A stretch of 64,000 nucleotides of DNA from Octopus sinensis (taxonomy: Eukaryota), in contig NC_043005.1 in the NCBI RefSeq assembly GCF_006345805.1, forward strand, positions 15,500,001-15,564,000. The letters run 5' to 3'. Position 1 is the stretch's first letter; every line of letters starts with the position of its first letter. This document shows, piece by piece, positions 37,487-48,209 of the stretch. Below the pieces are notes generated by a model that was not told the DNA's origin, did no database searches, and saw only the letters and a program-made list of their open reading frames with translations. Made by a program: the position numbers and the translations under genes.

Positions 37487-38100
37487 CTTGTACAATGGCT
37501 AATGAGTATTTTCACAGAGCCATGTACCATGAAACCGTTCCCCAGTTGTTTCAATAGAACTGTAAGACTAGAATGATTCTGCGGAAGGATCGCAAATTGC
37601 GTTGGTTTCAAAAGCCATAGTTGAAAAATATAGTTGGTAAATAACATTGAATAGACAAATCTTTGTTCTGCCGTTCTATCGACAGAGCCCCACCACCACC
37701 AAAGAATAGCACAATTAAGGGACATGGCGTGCAAAAATTTTAAAAAATCCACCTAGTGCTATCCCAAAATAGACAATACCCCTTACTCCAAGGACACGAG
37801 CCTATTCTATCTGTAGTTTTGCTATCAGGACAAAACAAACTGACTGGCTTCAGAAGCGGCAGAACAATTGATTAAAACAAATGCCCGCTTCATTATTCAA
37901 TTTCACTAATGACGCTTGAGAAAAACATGAAAGTCACAACCTCCAAAATCTCCAAACCAAAAGAAAATCGTGAAGTGCCTGCAGACACTTCACTGAGGTT
38001 GTGATATTCATGGAGAGAGCATAAAAGCCACCACATCTCACTTTCTTCTTCGTCTGTGTTAAAGTTTTGAATGGGATATACTAAAAACATTTATAACATT
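37487..38100 (-). other. Candidate upstream (5') exon of the USP37-like gene
   Basis: Unique, relatively CpG-retaining sequence ending in donor AAG|GTAATT at 37486. Its phase-2 end would splice in frame to the 21048 acceptor. The 5' boundary is a guess. Confidence 0.35.
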
Positions 38101-41100
38101 GCTTAAGCAAATTCATAGCGAGCCAGGAGCCTATTTCGCTTCCCGCTTTCGCAAAGGCACTGATCTTAAATTTTCTTAATACGCTGCTTTTTGTTTATTA
38201 TTAGCAGTTACTGGAGTAACAGCGAAAATTATCATTACTGAAATCACCATTATTTTTAAAAATATACTTCTACTTACAATATAAAGCCAATTTAATTTAC
38301 CTAAGTGATGGATATAGGCGATTGAATGTATACTAGTTTACTGGCATCTACGAGCCAACAGGTCTTGTAAGTGGTCGCTTAAGCTTCTAGAAATAGCAGC
38401 AAGATTTCTCAAACCTTATCCTACTGTTTTAAAACAGAAAGAACACGTTTAATGTATCTTTTGACACCCGTAAAAAAGATGGAATATCCACAACTGGAAA
38501 CATTTAATAATGGGACGGCTCAACTAGAGGTGACAAGAGGATGAACAATTAGTTCAAACATTATTTTGATTTTTGTATCGACCCGCCAGAGAATTGCATA
38601 AAACGTAGAGGCGAAATGAAATATTACATAGGTTATCGTCCTGCAATTAGATTTTTACTTAATTACTAAATAACAATGATTACATTATGATAGGATTGCT
38701 CAAAGACTAAACGTAAAAACATGAGAGCGCCAGATCGGTACTTTGACACAATATAAGATAAAAAAAAAAGATAAAGTTTTTTTATATTTAAATGTTATAA
38801 AATTTAAAATGTGACTGTAGAAATAAACATCTTTTCATAATTAATAAATACATTGCAAAAAAAAGATTATGTGAAAGATAACGTGTTACTTGAAATATAT
38901 ATGTCGAGTACCGAATATTAATAAGAAATACAGCAAAGATTTAATAACGATATAATTGGCTCCAACTTCGAAATTTTGGCGATGAAAAAGTTATGGTCAA
39001 GAACAGACAAAACAAACGATAGAATATAATCAATAAAAGAAAAAAAAAAACCCCATCGGCAACCACAATTTTAAAATATCTTTACATAAAAGATTTTATC
39101 TTCCATGAAAAATACTTAGAATTTCCTAGAAATTTAATAACTCAAAAACCTTGTATTCATTCATTACACATTGTAACGTTATTGACTGAGTACTTGAAGT
39201 TTACCGGCATTAAATTGTGCGTATATATATAACTAGTATTTAACAGATTTTGAAATAAATTCTGAAGTAGGTAAAATTCTTTTATATTTAAGAAAAAGTT
39301 GTTAGAACAAGGAGGCCTCAATCTTCCGTTAGACTAAGAAGGAAAAAAAAAACGAAAACAGCAACAACTGAGAAGGAAGTATTTATTGTGCAACTTTAAA
39401 TGAAAAGTCTGACATTAAATTATCGATCTTCCCAAAATGGACAAGGCTAAGTTTGATCGATTTCCACATTAGTATCTCATTAGCAGGAACTTGTTACAGG
39501 AACATTAAAAGACATGAAAGGCGGAAAGAACCCCATGACATTAAGATGAACAAAGCGTGATTAGTAAGTAAATCTTGAAAGAAGCGCCATAATATAGTGT
39601 TTTTTCTATTTTATACAGAGTTCGGATTAAGTCGATAAAATCGACCTATTTATATTAAGGGATATCGAAGACACAAAAGATTAAACTGACCTCAGCGAGA
39701 TTAGAACACAGAATACCGAATGGTAAAACCAAATACCAGAATTCGTTTCAAGACATCCTTTTTGCTTCAACTAACTCCATCGCCATAAACATACACACAC
39801 ACATCATATATATATAAAATGAGCGCGGGAGAGACTATAAATTCAGTTCAGTATTTAGTTTCATCCTTTACAATTCATAGTTACTGACGAAGGTCGACTA
39901 AGGTTGATAAAATCTGTGATAAATGATTATTTGGCATTGTTGAGTCACCAAAGACTTAAGTGCTTGAGTTCATTCGTGTCAATAAACACCTATTCATTCT
40001 CCACATGTTCTCATTAAACTTATAACTTTGTTTATTTAATATTGATTTTTTTATTATTATTTGAGGCCGAAATATGAAGAAATTGCGAGTGAAAAGTTTC
40101 AACTGTCACAACCAAACAGATAAAGTAAGGACCTATAAATATGTACCGGCTATGTAATTATGCCATACACTTTGACTAAACAATCTTCCATAAGGTATCT
40201 AATCAAGAAAAGCAAAATATCTTAAGTAATCAATACTGGTTATAAAGAGATAGACACCTGTTGTTTATATAACTTTATAACAAGAAATATTCCATAGTAA
40301 ATTAAATATATATTAAACACAAAATCAAAAAAGGACGAAAAAAATCATATTTAGAAAATAGATTAGGTTATAAAAATAATTATATTACTTACCATACAAA
40401 ACAAGGTAAGTTAACGAGACATAACACAACAACGTTGGTAAGATCAAGGAATAAATAAAACTGCTAAAAATATACCAAAAAAGAAACACTTATACTACTA
40501 CTACTAATACTATTATTAATAGGACTACTATTACTACCGGTGCAAAGACTATTTCCCGCTAAACAAACGAAGAGAGCGAAAATTCACGTGGTATGGAGCT
40601 TTCGGCCAAACATCGTTGTTAGGTTTCGACCATTCAGAAAGCTCGTTACAAAGATCATTAGGAAGTTACTACATTGAATTTTCAGTGTAGTAAACGAAGA
40701 GGCGACCAATCAGAAAGCTTCGTTCACTGCCTGCCTTCGAATTTGTTGATGGTAGCGGGTCTTTTATACCGGTTAGCAACATTGGGGGTAATTAAATTAA
40801 TGAGCATGATGAGTACTTTTGTTTTCCACGAAGGCAACTTAATTACAAAACCTTTCATTAGATTAGCGAAGACTCAAACATTTGAAGGTGTGTATTAGAA
40901 TTAAATAGATAACACGGAATGTACCCATGTATGTAACGCGTGTGTATATTCCTCTTAATATTGTATATATATATACGTGTGTATGTATGTATACACTCAT
41001 GGCAAGGTTTGATAGATTAAACAATAAGAAAAACTCAGTGCATGCCTAGTATATAGATTACATGTGCATTTAATTATATTCATTTATTGTACAATTTTCT

Positions 41101-41123
41101 CATTTTAATATTCTATACACCAA

Positions 41124-41530
41124 GGGCGGCAAGCTGGCAGAAACGTTAGCACGACGGGCGAAATGCTTAGTAATATTTCGTCTGCCGCTACGTTCTGAGT
41201 TCAAATTCCGCCGAGGTCAACTTTGCCTTTCATCCTTTCGGAGTCGATAAATTAAGTACCAGTTACGCACTGGGATCAATGTAATCGACTTAATCCGTTT
41301 GTCTGTCCTTGTTTGTCCCCTCTGTGTTTAGCCCCTTGTGGGTAGTAAAGAAATATATATTCATTTATTGTACAATTTTCTCAATTTAATATTCTATACA
41401 CCAAGGGCGGCGAGCTGGCAGAAACGTCAGCACGCCGGGCGAAGTGCTTAGCAGTATTTAGTCTGCCGTTACGTTCTGAGTTCAAATTCCACCGACGTCG
41501 ACTTCGCCTTTCAGCCTTTCGGGGTAGATT
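41124..41530 (+). mobile_element. SINE family B, full copy plus second partial copy with duplicated 5' flank
   Basis: Copies start at 41124 and 41405; about 48 bp of flank repeated. Confidence 0.85.
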
Positions 41531-41544
41531 AAATACTCTCTCAA

Positions 41545-41806
41545 AGATTTTTGTTACCAGCGTTGCCTTACTGGCACGTGAAAAAACATTCGAACGAGGT
41601 CGTTGCCAGTACTGCTAAACTGGCCCTTGTGCCAGTGGCACATGAAAGCACCCACTACACTCTCAGAGTGGTTGGCATTAGGAAGGGCATCCAGCTGTAG
41701 AAACTCTGCCAGATCAAGATTGGAGCCATCTAGTTCTCCAGTCCTCGGTCAAATCGTCCAACCCATGCTAGCATGGAAAGCGGACGTTAAATGATGATGA
41801 TGATGA
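41545..41806 (+). mobile_element. RTE 3'UTR-derived element
   Basis: Family match with (ATG)n tail. Confidence 0.85.
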
Positions 41807-42780
41807 ATGTACAAGAGATTACAGTCATTTCTCAGTCTCAAAATACTATCAAATCTCCAATTTGGCTTTAGAGAAAACTTAAGTACTGCTGATGCAATCC
41901 TTGAATTTCTAGATCATGCCAACAGTTCACTAAACATCTCTAAATACTTCCTTGCACTTTACTTAGATATCAGTAAAGCATTCGATTCTGTACATTCAGA
42001 TATATTGTTGGTTTAGATCGTACCTCTCACAGCGCAAACAGTATGTTTCTGTTCAAACATCAAAATCACCATTATCTACTATAAATCTAGGAGTCCCCCA
42101 GGGGTCCGTACTGAGCCCATTACTAATTTATGAAATTTTCTACACTTTGCTGATGACTCTACTATTTTTATTAGTCACCAGGACCTTCCTTCCCTATTCA
42201 ATACAATTAATTCAGAACTGGACAGGGTTTATCAATGGCTTATCGCTAACTGGCTTACCCTTGATATTAAAAAAATGAGCTGTTCCATGCTTTTCTCCAC
42301 AAAGCCCAAACAGCTTCTGACTAATGTCCTCACCACAGGTAAAGCAATTTCACATGTAACATCAACAAAATTTCTCAGCATTCATATTGATGAGTCACTC
42401 AGTTTGAAAACACATATAAGCAATTTATTAAAACAAAATACCCGTACTCTTGGTATGTTAAATAGAATTTCTTACCTCCTTCCTGAAAATGTTAGAATTA
42501 TTCTTTACTGTTCTTTAAAATACTCAAAATTCTGTTACTGCGTTGCTGCCAGACTTAAAGAGATTTACTTTTTATATACATTTATGACCGCCTTGCTTGC
42601 ATGCAAAGGATATGTATTTTTTTGGGTTTTTTTATACAATTATTGACCTTTTTATTTTTTGACCTCCTACCAACTTGCCCAAATCAGCCAAGCTGCCAAA
42701 GTGCTTAATCCGATTTTTTACGCAATTTCTGAAAAAAATTTGTTGTAATCTTTACTTATTGTAATCGATAAAAAAAATAT
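41807..42780 (+). mobile_element. L2/Crack/Daphne-like LINE RT fragment, degenerate
   Basis: [29 protein letters not shown] motifs with frameshifts. Confidence 0.85.
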
Positions 42781-42819
42781 TCAATGTAAATTAGATTAAT
42801 AAATTTAATGAGAATAAAT

Positions 42820-43050
42820 TTAATAATATATTTCTGTGGTTTGCCGTGGAGGGACTGAGTTGCTACTGGGTTCTGAGGTGTCATCCAACCTGTCATCTTG
42901 CATGGGAATAGAGTCCTTACTTTGAGGAGTTGATGTGTAACTATGATTTCTTTTCTAGCGTCTTGAGGTGTTGATGTGTGACTTTGGCTTTCTTTAGAGT
43001 CTCGAGGTGTTGTGTGACTAAAGCTTAAGTTGTTTCTCAGCATCCGGTAC
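42820..43050 (-). pseudogene. Terminal cytoplasmic-tail exon of the same gene, with an internal frameshift
   Basis: Acceptor gtctgttgtAG, phase-2 start (R)YRMLRNNLSF, then about 3 S/T/P repeats (SHTSTPQDSKESQ-like). Repeat register implies a frameshift near 42945-55; the corrected frame ends ...PPRQTTEIYY-TAA at 42820. Confidence 0.55.
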
Positions 43051-43134
43051 CTACAACAGACAATATATATATATATATATATGATGATGATGATGATGAT
43101 GGGTGAGGGTAAGTGTATGTGTGTGTGTGTGTGT

Positions 43135-43560
43135 ACAAAATTCTTGGGTCTAGTCGATAATATCTGTTACCTTGGTAACTAAGTTAGCAATGAAGGAGGA
43201 TGTTCTGAAAGCCTACTTGCTAGAATAAGAATAGGCTGGGCAAAGTTTGGGTAAGTACTACCTTTGTTCGTCACAAGGGGCCTCCCCGTCACTATGAAAG
43301 GCAGAATGTATGATGCCTATGTAAGAAGAACTATGCCTCATGGCAGTGAAGCATGGGTTGTGGCTACAAAGGAGATACGGATGCCTGAAAGGAATGAAAC
43401 CAGCATGCTCCACTGGATGGGTAATGTCAGTGTGTGCATGTATAACCGAGTGTAAGTGATTTGAGAGGAATATTTGGATATGAGTGGCAACAGATGTTGT
43501 GTGCAAGAGAGGAGACTGCACTGGTATGATCATGTGATGTGTATGGACAAGGACAGATGC
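43135..43560 (+). mobile_element. RTE LINE ORF2 3' fragment
   Basis: YLGN..SNEGGCSESLLARIRIGWAK...HGSEAW, similar to the 48-51 kb element. Confidence 0.8.
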
Positions 43561-43689
43561 ATAAGGGAGTACTGATCTGAAACTGGTGGGAAGCTGAAGA
43601 AGGGATACACATACATACATATATTACATACACATTACATACATGCATAGATTACATACATACATACATACAAGCATAGTTGCAATAAG

Positions 43690-44070
43690 CTTCTCATTTC
43701 ACATGGAGCTGGCCAGTTGAGGACCTGTCCAGAATCCAATTACCTGTTGTTGCATGGTTTCTACAGCTAGATGTCGTTCCTAATGCCAACCCTTAACAGA
43801 GGGTACTGGATGCTTTTTACATGCCAACTGCACAGGTATGACTACACAGCACTGGTCCCTGTGAAGGACAAACCTGTTTGTCTTTGCTTGATGTGTCTTC
43901 TCAAGCACAGCAAATCGCCACTCCCTTGTCATTTCCTCAGTGGGGCCTATAATCCACAGATCCTTTCTCCCCATTTCGTCCCACGCATTCTTTGGTCTAC
44001 CCCTTCCACAGATTTCCTCTACAATTAGAGCTCAGCACTTCTTTATGCAGCTGTCCTCATCCATATATGC
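43690..44070 (-). mobile_element. RTE LINE 3' end, diverged
   Basis: ctacagctagatgtcgttcctaatgccaacc tail motif and ORF2 C-terminal similarity. Confidence 0.65.
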
Positions 44071-44489
44071 ATCGCATGCATTAGTGAAATGAACAAAGGA
44101 AAGAAGATATTGAAATACTGATGGGGTTTACCTGTTAATTTTTACACATGTGTGTCACATATATTTATACATAATCAAATGAATAATAACATATAGAGAA
44201 TTGTTAGCTTATTACAGGTATTTCTCACGTAACTTTTTAACAGAAGAATGAGAACATTCCATTATTATAAAAGACCGTGATCTTTAGAAGAGAAGTAATT
44301 TGACAAACAAACAAATATCCCAAGAATATAGCAGGGATGTGGCTGAAGTCTGTTGAGGCCAACTATGAAATGGTGTATGTGTGATGTATGTTTGTACGTA
44401 CGTATGTATTTATTGTAGTCATTTGATAAAAGAGTAGAGTGAACTTGCTGAAAGGGGTGGGAAACCAAACATTTCAGACACAAGGAAAA

Positions 44490-44960
44490 ACGTTCAGTAT
44501 AAACCTGTCGGTGACTGGGTTCCAGGTTCAAATATGAAACGTTGTTGCTTTCTGTTTTCTTGAGAAAGTGGATCCGTGGCGTGTATCAATGCCAGATATT
44601 GATACATACCATGGAATGCCCTGTAGTGTTGGGGTGGTGACAGGTTGTCCCAGCAAATGAAGTACATGGCTTTAAATATGCTCCCAGAAGTGATCAGCAA
44701 GGTGTCAGCCTGTTTCCCCAATGTGCCATAAAGGTGTCACACAATTTGCAGGTGATGCAATATTTAAGGTTAGAAGTTCTGTGTAATAGGATGTTGTCTC
44801 TTAGGCCCAGTGATGGTTGTAGTATTGTTAATATAGAGACAGGAGTTGCATCGCTGGCAAACACATTAATAAGTGCCTTCTTGCCTGGGGCTGGCCAATG
44901 TGGGGCTTCTTACTGGAAGATTTATGGGATGCTCATCTTGGTGTAAGGAAGATAGGTATG
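44490..44960 (-). mobile_element. Penelope-like element GIY-YIG endonuclease relic
   Basis: YCITCKLC..(Y)IGETG..LADHFWEH...QRFIFEPGTQSPTGL across frameshifts. Confidence 0.7.
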
Positions 44961-44963
44961 GTT

Positions 44964-45102
44964 CTGGGATCAGAGAGTAGAATACGGAAGGGTTGCAGTG
45001 GTGTTTATCTGTGAAAAGGAGAAGAGACTGGAAGATTTCTGGGATCAGAGAGTAGAATACGGAAGGGTTGCGGTGGTGTTTATCTGTGAAAGGGAGAAGA
45101 GA
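44964..45102. repeat. 75-bp tandem duplication (about 1.85 copies)
   Basis: ctgggatcagagagtagaatacggaaggg... at 44964 and 45039. Confidence 0.9.
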
Positions 45103-45349
45103 CAGGTGGAAAGTGAGAGAGAGAGTGGAATATAGTTTGTGGCCATGCATAAAGATGGTAGGAGAATATCACATATATCCACACACATACACACACACAC
45201 ACACTTTGGTAATGTCCTCTTTACTATATTTTAGAGAAACACACAGACAAATACAAACACATATAAGCATACAGATTAACACACATAGACACACACACAC
45301 AAGAAAGGAAATAATATGAAAATAAAGATAAATAATATATAAGATTTAC

Positions 45350-45413
45350 CTGATACCGACAACGATGATGATGATGATCAAGAAAAATATGAAGACTGAA
45401 AAGAGGCCAACAA
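45350..45413 (-). pseudogene. Transmembrane-helix exon of a type I membrane protein gene (likely pseudogene)
   Basis: Strong acceptor ttcttttcttctttAG, donor AG|GTAAAT. 64 nt, phase 1 to 2: xVGLFSVFIFFLIIIIIVVGI(R). Phase matches the exon at 43050. Confidence 0.65.
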
Positions 45414-45459
45414 CTAAAGAAGAAAAGAATAAGACATTCAGTGAAACATTATTTATGTA

Positions 45460-46297
45460 CGAGGAGGGTAGAGGGGGTAGCCAAAAGAAACTGGAATTTT
45501 GCAGTATTATTTTATTCATTTAGTTTTACATGTTTACATTTTTATGACCTTCAAAGTATTCTCCATTTCAATCAATGCATCAGTCCAGGGTCGTTTCCCA
45601 CTGTTGGAAGCAGTCCTGGAACTCTTCTAAAGTGATGCCTTTTAATATCTCCATCGTTTTTTTCTTCACCTTTTCAGCATCTGCAAATTCTGTAGCACCA
45701 GCTTTCATCACCAGTGATGAACTTTAAAAAAAAAGTCCACATCAACTTGCAACTCTTCTTTCAGCTGATGACATTCATTCAGTTGTGACTTCTTTTCATC
45801 TTCTCTGAGCAAGTGAGCCACAAATTTTACAGTAACTTTTTTCATTCCTGATTCCTCCCTCAAAATTTGTTGACAGCAGCTCCAGAACAAACCAGTTATA
45901 TCAAAAGTTTGTCAATGTTTTGGTACCTGTCCTCCAAGATCAGTTCATGAATTTTCAGGATGTTTTCATTCGTTCAAGAGGTTGACAGTCACCCTGAACA
46001 AGGTTGCTCTTCAAGTGACGAGTGACCATTCCTAAACCACTTGTAAACTTATGTTTGCTCATGGCAGCCTCTTTGTAAGCTGTTTGAAGCATGACAACTG
46101 TTTCGGCTGCCATTTTCCCCAGTAGAAATCGATGAATAGGAGAGAATTACTGCAAAACAGTACGACCTCACTCAATGACACCAGTTGGCAGACTGATGCC
46201 TGAGGGTCACATTAAGTGGCTTCTATTGGCTGAAGCCTGGACTACAACTGGCTTGTCCTACAGAGAGCGTTTTTAGTTTCTTTTGGGTACCTCCTCG
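45460..46297 (-). mobile_element. Internally deleted mariner of a second family
   Basis: TA flanks, TIR cgaggagg(ta)cccaaaagaaac, ILREESGMKKVTVKFVAHLL (WVP-region). Confidence 0.8.
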
Positions 46298-46559
46298 TAT
46301 ATTTAACTGAAAGCTAATATATTTAATGTAATAATCAAAAACAAATCTATCATCATTAAAATTACTAATGTGATTTTAAAAAATTAATTAGTTTTATGAC
46401 AAATGCTGTCAAAATTGAGAGACATTTCAAGATTAAAATGGATAAAAAAATTGGAGAAATGCCATAGGAAGTGAGTCTGGTCATTGGTAAGTATGGGTGA
46501 TAACTCTAGTTATGTTTTGGTCTTATTAGACCTCTTCATTGCACCATGACACAATATCA

Positions 46560-47000
46560 TGAGAAAATGCACAAACCTTGCTTACGTTCATTTGGAGGGA
46601 AGTGAGGAACTCTCTAAGAAAGAAGGAGAAAACTGTAAGGGGCCTTCTCCCATCATTCACTTGTATTCTATCACAGAATCATTACATGAGTGGACTTTTC
46701 ACTTGGAAATTTTCAAATATGATTTTCAGAGTTTATAATGACAAATTATTTCACTAAATTCTTCATTATTTTCAAAGTAGATTTGAACAAAGAAGATTAT
46801 TTGAATAGAAATATTATAAGATTAGGATTAAACTCTTTCAGACATTCATGGTGCAAATTAAATTTAGACTTGAGTTTTGATAAAAGATTCCTCCCAGTTA
46901 TAAAAATCTTGTTTGAGAGGCATTAGCTAATATCCATAGCTAAAACAGCCATGACAGAACGTGACCCAGGCATTAGGTGGATACCATTCCAGTGATACTC
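46560..47000 (-). pseudogene. Degenerate FN3-like exon relic
   Basis: Motifs SLEWYPP...GY...W...(frameshifted KEFNPN)...SYNISIQ with FN3-like spacing, but multiple stops and frameshifts. Confidence 0.35.
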
Positions 47001-47504
47001 AGAGAATAATTACAAAGTTTTCTGTTCTCCAAATTCACTTGTAGAGTATTGGTTTGTCGTCGGTCCAGGGCTATAGTGAATTCATCAGTTCAGACTATGG
47101 TGTTGTGCAGCTGGACTGAATGTAATACCATGTGGTTGCAAGATGAAAAATTTACAAACGATAAAAATAATTACCTATTTGCATATGGTCAACTCCTGGA
47201 TCAGGTGGAATTTCCCTAAAAAATTTTTTAAAAAGTAATGAAAAAAATAAGTAAAAATTGACAAAAATATCTGTGAAACACTGAAACATTATTATTGACT
47301 TGAAAAGACCGATGCTGTTTCTCAGTCATAAACTCCATGAACTTGGTGGCACCACTCAATCAGGAGGAAATTCTTGGACAAAAGAAATAACAGATGACAA
47401 GATCAAATGATGGATAGATATCATCATCATCATCATCATCATCATCATTTGAATTGAATGTTCCCTTTTTCCACACTTGCATGGGGCAGGTCTCACTGCC
47501 ATTG

Positions 47505-47882
47505 GAAGCACTCCGTCGGTTACGACGACGAGGGTTCTGGTTGATCCGAATCAACGAACAGCCTGCTCGTGAAATTAATGTGTAAGTGGCTGAGCACTCC
47601 ACAGACACGTGTACCCTTAACGTAGTTCTCGGATATTCAGCGTGACACAGAGTGACAAGGCCGGCCCTTTGAAATACAGGTACAACAAACAGGAAGAAAG
47701 AGTGAGAGAAAGTTGTGGTGAAAGAGTACAGCAGGGATCACCACCATCCCCTGCCGGAGCCTCGTGGAGCTTTTTAGCTGTTTTCGCTCAATAAACACTC
47801 ACAACGCCCGGTCTGGGAATCGAAACCGCGATCCTACAACCGCGAGTCCGCTGCCCTAACCACTGGGCCATTGCGCCTCCAC
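47505..47882 (-). mobile_element. tRNA-derived SINE, family C2 (same head as C1, different body), young and CpG-rich
   Basis: A box TGGCCCAGTGG, B-box-like GTTTCGATTCCC; first about 190 nt similar to 23416-23605. Confidence 0.8.
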
Positions 47883-48209
47883 TCACTCCCATTAGACCTA
47901 CCCTCAACAAACTTGCAATAACCACAACAAAAATATAAAACATCATGTGATCTTTATAAGGAAACTATATGAACTTCTACAACTGATTCTTATGAAAGTT
48001 TATCATTTTTTCATCTTTCATTTCATTCCAGTATGAAGAGATCATCTTAAACAGCCAAAACCAGGACATATTTTCTTTCTGTTCCCCATTATAAAGTCCT
48101 TCCAACATTTACTCCTTTTCCTTATATTTTCTTTACATATTTACATGTATGTATCTACTTAGCCTATAGATATATAATTGATATTTACAGAAAACAATAC
48201 ATACATACA

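Noticed and set aside
38200-40900. Possible additional gene in the AT-rich intergenic block
   Set aside because: No chain of phase-compatible exons or recognisable motifs; only very decayed SINE B fragments.
46738-46926. Plus-strand ORFs at 46.56-46.93 kb
   Set aside because: Antisense to the FN3-like relic; no splice or motif support.
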